This document shows, in pieces, positions 41,246 through 51,305 of a DNA stretch of 64,000 nucleotides. Within the stretch, counting starts at the first letter, position 1, and every line of letters begins with the position of its first letter. Made by a program: the position numbers and the translations under genes. Location of the stretch: NCBI GenBank assembly GCA_965242695.1, contig CBDESU010000001.1, positions 1,600,001 to 1,664,000 on the forward strand, in the 5' to 3' direction. Below the pieces are notes generated by a model that saw nothing but the letters and a program-made list of their open reading frames with translations, ran no database searches and was not told the DNA's origin. The DNA comes from Cenarchaeum sp. (GTDB taxonomy: Archaea; Thermoproteota; Nitrososphaeria; Nitrososphaerales; Nitrosopumilaceae).

Positions 41246-41938
41246 TTGGACGTTGCCGATCTCTTCCCGTTCGACCCGGGTGGTGGGTACCTGCTGCTCT
41301 CGCTTGTCAGCTTTTTCGGCTCGCTCATCCCGTTCGTCCCCGTCCCGTCGTTCCTGCTCCTCGCCACCATGGCCGTCGGCGACCAGTTCAACCTGCACGC
41401 GCTCGCCCTCTCGTCGGCCCTGCTGGCTGCGGGCGCCAAGCAGATCATATTCTACGCCAGCTACGGGGGCGGGCGCATCATCGGCGCAAGGTCGCGCCTC
41501 CGCATGAGGCCGTTCGAGAGGCTCGTGCGCAGGTACGGCGCGGCCGCCGCGTTCGTCGCCGCGGCCACGCCCATACCCGACGACATCGTGTACGTCCCGC
41601 TGGGCATTGCAAAGTACAACCCGCTTCGGTTCTTCGCCGCCACCCTGGCCGGCAAGGTCGTACTCCACTACATCATAGTCGTCGTGGCCCACTTTCTCGG
41701 CCTGTCGATCGTCGAGCCGTTCCTAGAGGACATCGACGATGCGACCCCCGTGTACATCGGCATTGCGATATTCGGCGCGGCCCTCACTTCGGTCGTCATC
41801 GTGCTGCTGCGGCTCGACTGGGCAAGGGTGCTCGGCAGGGTCGCGCCGTGGACGCTCGACGACGGGGAGGAGGGCCGATCCGGGCGGGGCCCCGGCGCGG
41901 GCGAGGGCCCGGGCGGCCCTGCGGCTAGGCGATCTTGA
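41246..41938 (+). CDS. DedA/VTT (YqaA-like) membrane protein
   Basis: Multiple hydrophobic segments; AATPIPDD...PLG..KY..F..GK. Confidence 0.85.
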   Translation: MDVADLFPFDPGGGYLLLSLVSFFGSLIPFVPVPSFLLLATMAVGDQFNLHALALSSALLAAGAKQIIFYASYGGGRIIGARSRLRMRPFERLVRRYGAAAAFVAAATPIPDDIVYVPLGIAKYNPLRFFAATLAGKVVLHYIIVVVAHFLGLSIVEPFLEDIDDATPVYIGIAIFGAALTSVVIVLLRLDWARVLGRVAPWTLDDGEEGRSGRGPGAGEGPGGPAARRS

Positions 41939-42527
41939 AGTTCCACATCTTTTCGACGCCGTGCCGAATGCCGACCCTGCCGGACTCGGACACGGACGGG
42001 CCGGCGCCGGGGCCCGAGCCCGCCGCGATGTAGACCTCGCTCCCCGAGTCGGTAAGGTCGGCCCCGTACTGCGCCTTGTTGATCTGCATGGCCATGGTCA
42101 GCTTTGCCGGCCCGTCGGCCAGGCCGTCGACCCCGTCCCTGCCGCGGTTGCGCATCATCAGGTCGGCGCCGTCGACCGGCCGGACCGCGCGTATGAGGAC
42201 CGCGCCGGCATCCGAGGCCCCTGCCCGCGCCACCGCGTTGATGCAGTAGTGCATGCCGTACGTAAAGTAGACGTACGCGGTTCCGACCGTGCCGAACATT
42301 GCCCTGTTGCGCTTGGACATGCCGCGGTACGCGTGGCTGGCCGGATCGTCGGACGACCCGTACGCCTCGGTCTCGGTTATTATCCCGGACATTACGAGCG
42401 GCCGCGCCGCGCCGCGCCGGCCGCCGGCGCCCCCCTCGACCCGCACGAGCAGGGCGCCGAGCAGGTCCCTCGCAACGCTCGTCGTCTCGCGCGCATAGAA
42501 CGAGCGCGGCAGCGGCCTTGCCCTCAC
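41925..42527 (-). CDS. mpg: DNA-3-methyladenine glycosylase (AAG/MPG family)
   Basis: ARDLLG, ETEAY, YVYFTYGMHYC.N, AVLIRA, GPAKL, RVGI. Confidence 0.92.
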   Translation of the reverse strand: MRARPLPRSFYARETTSVARDLLGALLVRVEGGAGGRRGAARPLVMSGIITETEAYGSSDDPASHAYRGMSKRNRAMFGTVGTAYVYFTYGMHYCINAVARAGASDAGAVLIRAVRPVDGADLMMRNRGRDGVDGLADGPAKLTMAMQINKAQYGADLTDSGSEVYIAAGSGPGAGPSVSESGRVGIRHGVEKMWNFKIA

Positions 42528-43174
42528 TTTTGCCCCGCCCCCCGGGCCATGGCCGCGAGCGCCCTCATGTCGTCCCTGAGCGCCGGCATCATGGACTTGT
42601 TGTAGATCGTCGCCGCCGGATGGACCGTTATGAAGTAGTCCATCCCCCCGCGCCGCACCGTCGTGCCGCGGTGCCGCGATATGCCGGTCATTCCGAGCAG
42701 CGCGCCGAGCGCCGTGTTGCCCATGATGCAGATCACCGACGGGCGCACGATCGATATCTCCGCATCCAGGTGGGCCCTGCAGGCGGCGCCCTCCTCGTCG
42801 GTCGGGGCGCGGTTGCCGGGCGGCCGGCACTTTACGACGTTTGTAATGTACACCGAGTCGCGCCGCAGGCCGGCGGCCTCCAGCGCATCGTCGAGTCGGG
42901 CGCCGGCGGCCCCGACGAACGGCTCGCCTCGCAGGTCCTCGGATCTGCCCGGCGCCTCGCCGACGAGCATTATCGCCGACGGGACGGCGCCGCGGCCTGG
43001 CACCGCGTGCGTGCGCCCCTCGCACAGGCCGCAGTCCGTGCACTCGGTGACGCGCAGGCGGGCCGCCTCGATCGAGGCACCTCCGGTGCCGGCGCTCAAG
43101 GCCCGTCCCCGCCTCCCCCGGCCGCGCATGCGCTGCGCGTCGGCGGCGGCCTGCGCTCCATGCGCGGGCCCCAA
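42524..43174 (-). CDS. udg: Uracil-DNA glycosylase family 4
   Basis: CxxCxL Fe-S motif, GEAPG, PFVG, NVVKCRPPGNR, HPAA; start uncertain. Confidence 0.92.
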   Translation of the reverse strand: MGPAHGAQAAADAQRMRGRGRRGRALSAGTGGASIEAARLRVTECTDCGLCEGRTHAVPGRGAVPSAIMLVGEAPGRSEDLRGEPFVGAAGARLDDALEAAGLRRDSVYITNVVKCRPPGNRAPTDEEGAACRAHLDAEISIVRPSVICIMGNTALGALLGMTGISRHRGTTVRRGGMDYFITVHPAATIYNKSMMPALRDDMRALAAMARGAGQK

Positions 43175-43231
43175 ATCGGCTCCTTTTACGCCTTTGGATG
43201 CCTGCCGGCATCGGGCGGCGGCGCCCGGCGG

Positions 43232-43414
43232 CTACGGGCCGTTCGGCGACGAGACGGCCGGCATCGTATAGTACATCTCGTCCTCGAACGCATCGTCGGC
43301 GCGGCCCAGCCGCCGCAGGTGCCCCAGGTACTCGACGCCGTCCCTGTAGAACCGCCCGTTGCGGGCCGGCCGGCGCGCCTCCCGCCCCGCGCCGCCAGCG
43401 GCACCGCCCCCCAT
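43232..43414 (-). CDS. Small hypothetical protein
   Basis: Protein-like C-terminus FEDEMYYTMPAVSSP; co-oriented with udg. Confidence 0.45.
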   Translation of the reverse strand: MGGGAAGGAGREARRPARNGRFYRDGVEYLGHLRRLGRADDAFEDEMYYTMPAVSSPNGP

Positions 43415-43566
43415 GCCGGCCCGTCGCGCGGCCCGCATTTTCCCCGCCCCGTCAACAAGGCTTGCTCGGCAGGTCAAATTGGGCAGGCCGGCCGGCGCGG
43501 GAGGCCCGGCGCGCGGGGCCGGCGGGGGCGCCCAATTCCTTTATGGGGCCGCGCGCCTGGCGTGGC

Positions 43567-43938
43567 ATGGGCAGGTCGGAGAGGGCCAGGGCGATGGCCC
43601 TTGAGCGCATGGACGCGCTCGTGTCGAGTGCCATCCTCAACGCGCGCGCCGACCCCGCTCTTGCCGCCCGCCAGGCCGCCGCGGCAAGGGCCATCAGCAC
43701 TCGGCACCGCGTCCGCATGCCGTACGGCCTGCGGATGGCGTTCTGCAGGAGGTGCAAGAGCTTTGCGGCGCCGGGGCCCGGCGCCCGCGTGCGCATCGGC
43801 AGGTCCCAGGTCAGGGCCGTGAGGATCACGTGCCGGCTGTGCGGCCACACCTACCGCCGCGTGCTCCCGGCGCCCGGCGGGGGCGCGCGGGGCCGGCGGG
43901 CGGGCAAGGACGCGCCGTCGGGCGCGGGCGCCTTATAA
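43567..43938 (+). CDS. rnp4: RNase P protein component Rpp21 (Rpr2)
   Basis: A.ERM..L, FCRRC...PG...RVR, CRLCG..YR. Confidence 0.85.
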   Translation: MGRSERARAMALERMDALVSSAILNARADPALAARQAAAARAISTRHRVRMPYGLRMAFCRRCKSFAAPGPGARVRIGRSQVRAVRITCRLCGHTYRRVLPAPGGGARGRRAGKDAPSGAGAL

Positions 43939-43953
43939 ACGGGCGGGCAAGAC

Positions 43954-43966
43954 TTATAAATTATAA
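43954..43966 (+). promoter_or_regulatory. Putative TATA box of tfb
   Basis: TTATAAATTATAA island in GC-rich DNA, 20-30 nt before the start codon. Confidence 0.55.
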
Positions 43967-43984
43967 GGGCGGCCCGCCATCGAA

Positions 43985-44887
43985 TTGAACCGCCCGCTAG
44001 AGCTGACAAGGGGGTGCCCCGCATGCGCGCAGCGCCGCATCATCACCGACGAGAACACCGGCGAGATGTTCTGCGCCGCGTGCGGGTACGTCATCACGGA
44101 CAGGATCGCCGACGAGGGCGCCGAGTGGAGGGCCTTTTCGAGCGACGACGTGAACAGGTCTAGGGTCGGCGCGCGCACGTCGCTGAAGATGCACGACATG
44201 GGCCTGTCGACGGTCATTGGCCCCGTCAACAAGGACTCTACGGGCAAGCCGCTGCCGTCGACGGTCAAGACGTCGATCGAGAGGCTCCGCACCTGGGACA
44301 ACCGCACGCAGGCGCACTCTTCGTCCGACCGCAACCTCCGCCAGGCCCTCAACGAGATGGGCAAGATGAAGGACAAGCTGGCCCTCGGCGATGCGGTCAT
44401 TGAAAAGGCCGCCTACATCTACCGCAAGGCCATGGAGAAGCAGCTCGTCCGCGGCAGGTCCATACACGGCATGGTCGCCGCGTGCGTGTACGCCGCCTGC
44501 CGGACGACCGAGACGCCGCGCACCCTTGACGACATCGGCGATGGGATAAACGTGAGGCGCAAGGACGTCGCAAGGTGCTACCGGCTCCTGTACAGGGAGC
44601 TGGACCTGAAGATGCCCGTCGTCGACCCCGTAAAGGGCGTCTCGCGGATAGCGAGCATCGCAAAGCTGAGCGAGAGGACGAAGCGGAGGGCCATACGCAT
44701 ACTGGACAAGGCCAAGAGGCTCGGCATGGTCGCCGGCAAGGACCCCATGGGCATCGCCGCCGCTGCGCTGTACCTGGCCTGCATCAGCAACGGCGAGGTA
44801 AAGTCGCAGAGGGACATTTCGATCGCCTCGGGGGTCACCGAGGTGACGATCCGCAACCGGTGCGCCGGCCTCAAGAAGATCGCCTGA
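43985..44887 (+). CDS. tfb: Transcription initiation factor IIB
   Basis: Zn ribbon CPAC..CAACG, EWRAF, HDMGLST, two cyclin repeats, GVTEVTIRNR. Confidence 0.96.
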   Translation: MNRPLELTRGCPACAQRRIITDENTGEMFCAACGYVITDRIADEGAEWRAFSSDDVNRSRVGARTSLKMHDMGLSTVIGPVNKDSTGKPLPSTVKTSIERLRTWDNRTQAHSSSDRNLRQALNEMGKMKDKLALGDAVIEKAAYIYRKAMEKQLVRGRSIHGMVAACVYAACRTTETPRTLDDIGDGINVRRKDVARCYRLLYRELDLKMPVVDPVKGVSRIASIAKLSERTKRRAIRILDKAKRLGMVAGKDPMGIAAAALYLACISNGEVKSQRDISIASGVTEVTIRNRCAGLKKIA

Positions 44888-45164
44888 GCCACTGCCGGCA
44901 GGGCGGGGCGGCGCTGGCTCGGCACGACGCTACGGGGCGCCTCCCGGCCGCATACCACGGCAACCCACGGCCCGCCGCACACGACGATCCCGTCCCGGCT
45001 GAGGGGCGCCTCCTGCTGCGCGCTGCGGCGGCCCCGGTCGCCGCGCGTCCCGCAGCCGGCCCGCCCCGCCGGCGCATTCGCGCAGCAGCCTAGGGCGCGG
45101 CAGGGCGGCAGGAGCGGGCCGCGGGCCGCGAATGAGGGAAAGAAAAGAGGGGGCGGCGGAGGGG

Positions 45165-45404
45165 CTACTCTTGGCCCTCGATGCCCATGAGCGTCAGCGT
45201 GGAGCGGATCTTGTCGATCTTGCGTATCTTCCACGTGATGGTCTCGCGAAGCACGCTGACCTCGGGGGCATCCACCTTTGCAAGTATGTCGTACGCCCCG
45301 AACGTCCCGTGCACCTCCTTGACTGCGTCGAGCGCCTTTAGCTGCCCTATGACCGCCTCTTCCGAGCCGAGCTCGCAGTTGATCAGCACGTATGCCGATG
45401 CCAT
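45165..45404 (-). CDS. Lrp/AsnC ligand-binding (RAM) domain protein
   Basis: AYVLIN..G.E...GTFGAYDI.AKV...IRKI..IRSTLTL. Confidence 0.88.
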   Translation of the reverse strand: MASAYVLINCELGSEEAVIGQLKALDAVKEVHGTFGAYDILAKVDAPEVSVLRETITWKIRKIDKIRSTLTLMGIEGQE

Positions 45405-45510
45405 TGCCGTCAGTGCCGGGCCGCAGTATATAGGGCAATCCGGCCAAAAACCTCACAGATGCAAGGCGAGGCGGCGGATTTCCAAACGGATGGACGCCCG
45501 CGGCGCGGCG

Positions 45511-45918
45511 CTAAAAGTAGCCGGGCCCCGCCGCCTTGAGCGGCTTGACGGCGTCGAGTATCTTGAACGGGATGGCGCCAAAGTCCATGTCCCTCTCGCC
45601 CGAGGCGAGCAGGACGGCGTTGTCGGCCAGCGGGAAGCTCATGAGTATGACCTTGTCCCGGTACGAGAGCGAAAAGTGGACCGCGCCGAGCTCGGCGTCG
45701 AACTCGCGCCGCATCCTCACGCGCAGGACTAGCTCCATGAACATCATCTCGTCCTGCTGCTTTGCCTCTAGCGACTGCAGGTCGCCCTTCATGCCGCCTG
45801 CGACGAGGTGGCCCCGGTGGTTGATGATCCTGGCCGACCGCATCTTCGGGTCGATGTCCATAACGGCCTTGCAGATGGCCTCGGCGTCGATCTCCCCGCC
45901 CATGCCCGCCGTGCCCAA
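45511..45918 (-). CDS. DUF6659-like protein
   Basis: DPKMRSARII..G..VAGG...RMRREFD..LG.V. Confidence 0.7.
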   Translation of the reverse strand: MGTAGMGGEIDAEAICKAVMDIDPKMRSARIINHRGHLVAGGMKGDLQSLEAKQQDEMMFMELVLRVRMRREFDAELGAVHFSLSYRDKVILMSFPLADNAVLLASGERDMDFGAIPFKILDAVKPLKAAGPGYF

Positions 45919-45955
45919 CCGATCTATTTATTGCGAACTGCCGGTTGGCTGGGGC

Positions 45956-47119
45956 ATGGCCGCGGGCGCATCGGGGGGCGGGGCAGGGCGGGACGACGGC
46001 CCGCCCGACACCAAGGCCAAGATCCGGGAGGCCGCGGGCGCATCGGAGGGCGGGACCGGGCGGGACGGCGAGGGATCCGCCGGCGGGGGCGCGGGCCACG
46101 GCGGGCAGCGGCAGGGGACAGGGGGCGCTGGCCACGGCGGGCAGCGGCAGGGGACAGGGGGCGCTGGCGGCGGGCAGCGGCAGGGCGAGTCCGGCGCCGC
46201 GGGCGCGGCCGCGGGCCACGGCGGGCAGCGGCAGGGCGAGTCCGGCGCCGCGGGCGCGGCCGCGGGCCACGGCGGGCAGCGGCAGGGCGAGTCCGGCGCC
46301 GCGGGCGCGGCCGCGGGCCACGGCGGGCAGCGGCAGGGCGAGTCCGGCGCCGCGGGCGCGGCCGCGGGCCACGGCGGGCAGCGGCAGGGCGAGTCCGGCG
46401 CCGCGGGCGCGGCCGCTGGGTCGGAGACCGGCAGAGGGCAGGCCGCAGGAGGGGACGCCCGCACCCGCCCCGGCACGGGGTCGGATGCCGGCGGTGCCGA
46501 CCCCCTCGCGGACGCGCGGGAGCAGTTCAGGCACGTCTCGCTGTTCTGGACGGACCTGATACACCTGATGTCAAGCAAGCCGCAGGCTCTCACCTCGGCG
46601 GGCCCCATGCGCAACTACGCCGAGAATGCAAAGGCGATCGCAACGGAGATGCTCGCCGCAGGCCAGGACGCGGCGGAGTTTAGCGAGGCGCTCTCAAAGT
46701 ACTACGACCAGCTCGCAGCCACGTGGGCAAGCGCGCAGCGCAAGGTCGACGCAAAGCTGCCGCGCATACCAAACGACCTCGAGCGCTTCGAGGCGTACAA
46801 GCGCGTGTGGATAGACATGTTCGACAACGACTTTACCGAGCTGTTCGACTCGAAGGGGTTCGGCGACAACTACGGCCGCCTAGTCTCGAAGGAGCTGGAC
46901 CTGGCGCGCCACTGGAACAACATAATGAACGTCGTGCTGCGCTCTGCAAACCTGCCGAACAAAAAGGACATCGACGGGGTGTACCGCGAGCTGCACGGCC
47001 TCAAGCGGCGCATCTCAAAGCTAGAGTCCGAGAACCGGCGGCTGAGGGCGGCGGCCGGGGAGTCCGGCGCGGGCGGCGGCCCGCCGGCGCCCGGCGAGGG
47101 GGGCGCCGATGCGCCATGA
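45956..47119 (+). CDS. phaE: Poly(3-hydroxyalkanoate) synthase subunit PhaE with a repeat-expanded N-terminus
   Basis: YKRVWIDMFDNDF..LF.S..F and LP.K.DID.VY.ELH.LKRR; overlaps the phaC start. Confidence 0.85.
   Translation: MAAGASGGGAGRDDGPPDTKAKIREAAGASEGGTGRDGEGSAGGGAGHGGQRQGTGGAGHGGQRQGTGGAGGGQRQGESGAAGAAAGHGGQRQGESGAAGAAAGHGGQRQGESGAAGAAAGHGGQRQGESGAAGAAAGHGGQRQGESGAAGAAAGSETGRGQAAGGDARTRPGTGSDAGGADPLADAREQFRHVSLFWTDLIHLMSSKPQALTSAGPMRNYAENAKAIATEMLAAGQDAAEFSEALSKYYDQLAATWASAQRKVDAKLPRIPNDLERFEAYKRVWIDMFDNDFTELFDSKGFGDNYGRLVSKELDLARHWNNIMNVVLRSANLPNKKDIDGVYRELHGLKRRISKLESENRRLRAAAGESGAGGGPPAPGEGGADAP
46091..46416 (+). repeat. 51-bp coding tandem repeat in phaE
   Basis: AGHGGQRQGESGAAGAA units (46211, 46262, ...) plus shorter variants. 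Confidence 0.9.
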
Positions 47120-48180
47120 CCGACGAGGTCGTCGACCCGAGGGTAGTCGAGGCGCTGCTAAAGTTTGGCCACAACGTCAGCGTCGCGCCGCGCCTTGTCG
47201 CGGCCCCCGACGAGATCAGCATCGAGACGACCGACCACGACGTGGTGCACGTGCACGACAAGGTGCGCCTGCTCCACTACAGGCCGCTCGCTCCGCGCCG
47301 CCGCCGCACCCCCGTCGTCATCGCGTACGCCCTGATCAACCGGTACCACATACTCGACATACACCCGCGCAAGAGCTGGGTGCGCAGCCTGCTCTCGCAG
47401 GGGTTCGACGTGTACATGATAGACTGGGGCACGCCGTCCGACGCCGACCGCTACCTGGACTTTGACGACTACGTCAACGGATACATCGACGGCTGCGTCG
47501 ACTTTGCAATGGCCGAGTCCGGATCCGGCACGGTCTCGCTTCAGGGGTACTGCACCGGCGGCACGCTGGCGGTCACGTACGCGGCCCTGCACCCGGAAAA
47601 GGTCCGCAACCTGGTGGCGACGGCGCCGGTCATCGACGGCTGGCGCGACACGACGGTCGTGAGCAACATTGCAAAGCACGTCGACGTCGACAAGATGGTC
47701 GATACGATAGGCAACATGCCGCCCGAGTTCATGTACTACTGCTTTTCCGTCCTCAAGCCGTTCGAGCAGGGCATCGAAAAGTACGTCAACTTCTTCAAGA
47801 ACATAGAGAACGAGGGCTTTGTAGACGGGTTCATGCGGGTCGAAAAGTGGCTCGCCGACACGCCCCCGATACCCGGCGAGCTGTTCCGGCAGTGGATAAG
47901 GGACATCTACCAGAAGAACCTCCTGGTCAACAGCCGCATGGAGGTCGGCGGCCGCCGGGTCGACCTCAAGGACATCCGCATGCCGATATTCACGCAGGTC
48001 GCCGTCGGCGACCACCTCGTCTCGCCCGAGTGCAGCATGCCGCTGCACTACGCGGTAGGCAGCGACGACAAGGTCATGCGCATCTACCCGACCGGCCACG
48101 TCGGGATGATAGCAAGCTCGCTGTCGCAAAAGAGGGTCCTGCCCGAGCTCGGGCGGTGGCTGGCCGAGAGGTCGGAATGA
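47116..48180 (+). CDS. phaC: Class III PHA synthase PhaC
   Basis: YALINR..ILD, IDWG, lipase-box GYCTGG, DHLV, TGHVG. Confidence 0.92.
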   Translation: MTDEVVDPRVVEALLKFGHNVSVAPRLVAAPDEISIETTDHDVVHVHDKVRLLHYRPLAPRRRRTPVVIAYALINRYHILDIHPRKSWVRSLLSQGFDVYMIDWGTPSDADRYLDFDDYVNGYIDGCVDFAMAESGSGTVSLQGYCTGGTLAVTYAALHPEKVRNLVATAPVIDGWRDTTVVSNIAKHVDVDKMVDTIGNMPPEFMYYCFSVLKPFEQGIEKYVNFFKNIENEGFVDGFMRVEKWLADTPPIPGELFRQWIRDIYQKNLLVNSRMEVGGRRVDLKDIRMPIFTQVAVGDHLVSPECSMPLHYAVGSDDKVMRIYPTGHVGMIASSLSQKRVLPELGRWLAERSE

Positions 48181-49922
48181 CGGCCGGTGGGAGGGGGCGC
48201 CCGCGGGGGCGGGCGCCGCCCGTCTTGCTCAACGAGTTCTACTCGGAGATGGCAAGGCGTGCGCGCGACGCGGGGATAAAGCTGCCGCACCGCGTCCGGC
48301 GGCAGGGGGTACAACCGGCAGACGACGGCTGGCGCGACCGCACCCTCGCTGAAATGTACGAGAATACGGACCAGGCGCACCGCAGGAAGCTCGGCCAGTT
48401 TGCCACGCCCCCCGACATTGCAGAGTTCATGGTGTCGTACGGGCTGCGCGGGGGAGTCAGGACCGTCCTGGATCCCGCCTGCGGCACCGGAATATTCCTG
48501 GACAAGCTCCTAGAGGCCGGCAGCGGGGCCGCCCTGTACGGAATCGACGTCGACCCCATGATGGTCAACGCCTGCCACCTCGACATGCTGGCAAAGCACG
48601 GCGCGCCGGCGGCCGGGCATCTGCGCCTGCTCGCGGCCGACTATCTGGCAGGCGATGCCAACGTTCCGGCGGCGGACTTTCTGGTCTGCAACCCGCCGTA
48701 CGTCAACTTTCACGGGTTCGACCGCGCGCTGATATCCCGCGTAGAAAGGGATGCGGGGGCGAGGCTGAGCAGGCTTACAAACCTGTACGCCCTCTTCATG
48801 ATAAGGGCGCCGCGCTCCGTCAGGGAGGGCGGAACGATGGTGTTCATCACGCCGGCCGAGTTCTTCTACACTGGGTACGGGAGGGCCGTAAAGTCGTTCA
48901 TGGCCGAGAACCTCACCCTGGACGCCTTCATAACATTCGACTTTGCAAGGACTGTGTTCGGCAAGGCCCTGACGACCTCCACCATATCCGTCATGACCAA
49001 CAAAAGGCCCGCCGCCGGCCACGCGACCGCGTTCGTCGCCGCCAGGTCCCTAGACGGCGTGCGCAGGGCCATCGAGGGAGACCCGCAAAAGGGCGTCAGG
49101 GTGAGGCGCGTGCGGCAGGAAGAGATGGATTCCGGATCGAGGTGGCAGAACTACCTTGCCGCCCCGCGGCCCGCGGGCGGGCGGGGGCGCGCATTACTCG
49201 TCCCGCTCTCGCACGAGGCCGACGTCAAGCGGGGGATTGCAAGCGGGTCGAACGCCTTCTTCACCCTCACGGATGCCGAGCGCGACCAGTGGGGGATCGA
49301 GGACAGGTTCCTCGTGCCGGTCGTATCCAGGGCCGGGCAGTGCCGCGGGTACGAGATCACGCGGAGGCACATGAGGGATCTTGGCGCCGCCGGCCACAAG
49401 ATCCACCTGCTGTACTGCACCGGCCCACCGTCGGCGAGCCTCCGCCGCTACATAGCGGACGGCGAGCGGCGCGGAATCGACAGGGGGTACCTGTGCAGGC
49501 ACAGGACACCGTGGTACTCTACGGAGGCGAGGGAGCCCGCGCCGATACTTGCGACCGTGTTCAGCAGGGACAACATGAGGTTCGTCCACAACAGGGCCGG
49601 ATGCCTAAACCTCGCGTCGCACCACTGCATCTACCCGCGCTACGGCGACAGCGCAAGGGTCAGGGCCCTGCTCTGCTACCTCAACTCGTCGCACTGCATG
49701 TCGGCGCAGGTAGGGGCGCGGCGCGAGTACGGCAACGGCCTGCACAAGTTCGAGCCCGGCGACCTGAAGGAGCTTCCCGTCCTCCCCGTGAGCCGCCTAG
49801 GCGCTAGAGCCGTCTCGGAGCTGGCGCGGCTGTTCGACGGCATGCGCATGGGAACCGGCGGCGCACGGGAGCGCGCCGACAAGGGGGTGTCAGAGGCCAT
49901 CGCAAGCTTGGGGCGCCCCTGA
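48177..49922 (+). CDS. N6-adenine DNA methyltransferase (gamma class, Eco57I/TaqI-like)
   Basis: GQFATP, LDPACGTGIF, NPPY, NLY..F, C-terminal target-recognition region. Confidence 0.88.
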   Translation: MTAGGRGRPRGRAPPVLLNEFYSEMARRARDAGIKLPHRVRRQGVQPADDGWRDRTLAEMYENTDQAHRRKLGQFATPPDIAEFMVSYGLRGGVRTVLDPACGTGIFLDKLLEAGSGAALYGIDVDPMMVNACHLDMLAKHGAPAAGHLRLLAADYLAGDANVPAADFLVCNPPYVNFHGFDRALISRVERDAGARLSRLTNLYALFMIRAPRSVREGGTMVFITPAEFFYTGYGRAVKSFMAENLTLDAFITFDFARTVFGKALTTSTISVMTNKRPAAGHATAFVAARSLDGVRRAIEGDPQKGVRVRRVRQEEMDSGSRWQNYLAAPRPAGGRGRALLVPLSHEADVKRGIASGSNAFFTLTDAERDQWGIEDRFLVPVVSRAGQCRGYEITRRHMRDLGAAGHKIHLLYCTGPPSASLRRYIADGERRGIDRGYLCRHRTPWYSTEAREPAPILATVFSRDNMRFVHNRAGCLNLASHHCIYPRYGDSARVRALLCYLNSSHCMSAQVGARREYGNGLHKFEPGDLKELPVLPVSRLGARAVSELARLFDGMRMGTGGARERADKGVSEAIASLGRP

Positions 49923-50641
49923 CGGGCGGCGGTGCGGATCGGGGTGCTGTCGCCTCTCTTTAAAATCTTATACACACCCTTCTGCGGCACACCTTGATGC
50001 GGCTACCATAGGCGGCAAGTGGACCGAGGAGGATACCCTTCTGTGCAGGAGGGCCAGAGAAAGCGGCACGGTCATTGACAAGGCGACGGGCGAGCCCATG
50101 ACGTTTGCCAAGATGCGCGCGCAGTACGACGACTACGAGCCCGTCCGCGCTGGCCGAGTCGACTTTGAAACGTTTATAAAAGACAGGATCGGAGTGCGCC
50201 CACTTGAAGACTGAGCGATTTGTGCCTACGTACAGCATTTACAGGCAGTACAGCATTGAATGGCACACCCGCAGGATTTTTGTCGACAAGTGCATCGAAG
50301 AGCTTGAGCGCGGACGGCCGTAATCATGCGCTGCCCCGATCGCAACGACTCGTATGCTGACTGCGGCACCTGTCGCATATACTTTGACAGCCGCCGCAAC
50401 CTTCTCGAGTACAAAATTACCCGGGGGGAACCCTGCGAATAGGGGAGGCGCGCGCCCGCTGCGGGCGCAGCAAGCGGCGCAGGTCTACTCGACGGGACGC
50501 AGGCCGCGCCGGCGAGACGGTTCGTCTATCCCTCTTCTCCCCCTGCAATGCGCTGGCCGCCCGATGCGCAAAGTGCCAAGACGGGACGGCGGCGCTGCGT
50601 CCCGCGGATGACTTTTATACCGCCGGTAGCCCCCGCCCGGC

Positions 50642-51283
50642 ATGGCGGCGGCCAAGAGGGGCGCAAAGAGGGCTGGCAGGGCGGCGGCCGCACCGCGGGC
50701 AAAAAAGGGGCCTCACGTGGTCGGCGTCGAGGTCCTGCGGCAGAACGGCCTAGACGTCGACGAGCTCGTCCGCCAGCTCGTCGTCAACTCGTCGGTCGAG
50801 TTCACCGCGTACTACTACTTTACGCTGCTTCGCGCCAACTGCACGGGGCTGGAGGGCGAGGGAATCAAGGGGATCATCGAGGATGCGAGGCTCGAGGACC
50901 TGAGCCACTTCGAGTCGTGCATCGAGCGCATCTACCAGCTAGGCGGGCAGCTGCCCCGCGATGCGACCGACTATATCCGCATGTCCGGCTGCGAGTTCCT
51001 CCGGCTGCCGCCCGGCAACCCGACAGACCTCAAGGAGATACTCGAGAGGTGCCTAAAGGCCGAGCAGGGGGCGATCGTGAACTGGAACAAGGTCTGCCGC
51101 ATGACCGAGGGCAAGGATCCCGCCACGTACGACATCGCCAAGGACATACTCGCCGAGGAGATCGAGCACGAGTCGTGGTTTCTGGAGCTGCTGCACGGCA
51201 GGCCATCGGGCCACATGAGGCGCAGGTACGCCGGCGAGCGGCCGCACACGCGCAAGCACTCGCGCGCGCTCGACATGGCCTGA
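50642..51283 (+). CDS. dps: DPS-like ferritin-superfamily protein
   Basis: EFTAYYY, EDARLEDLSHFE, AE..AI..W, EEIEHE. Confidence 0.9.
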   Translation: MAAAKRGAKRAGRAAAAPRAKKGPHVVGVEVLRQNGLDVDELVRQLVVNSSVEFTAYYYFTLLRANCTGLEGEGIKGIIEDARLEDLSHFESCIERIYQLGGQLPRDATDYIRMSGCEFLRLPPGNPTDLKEILERCLKAEQGAIVNWNKVCRMTEGKDPATYDIAKDILAEEIEHESWFLELLHGRPSGHMRRRYAGERPHTRKHSRALDMA

Positions 51284-51305
51284 CCGCCCCGATCGCGGCG
51301 CGCCG

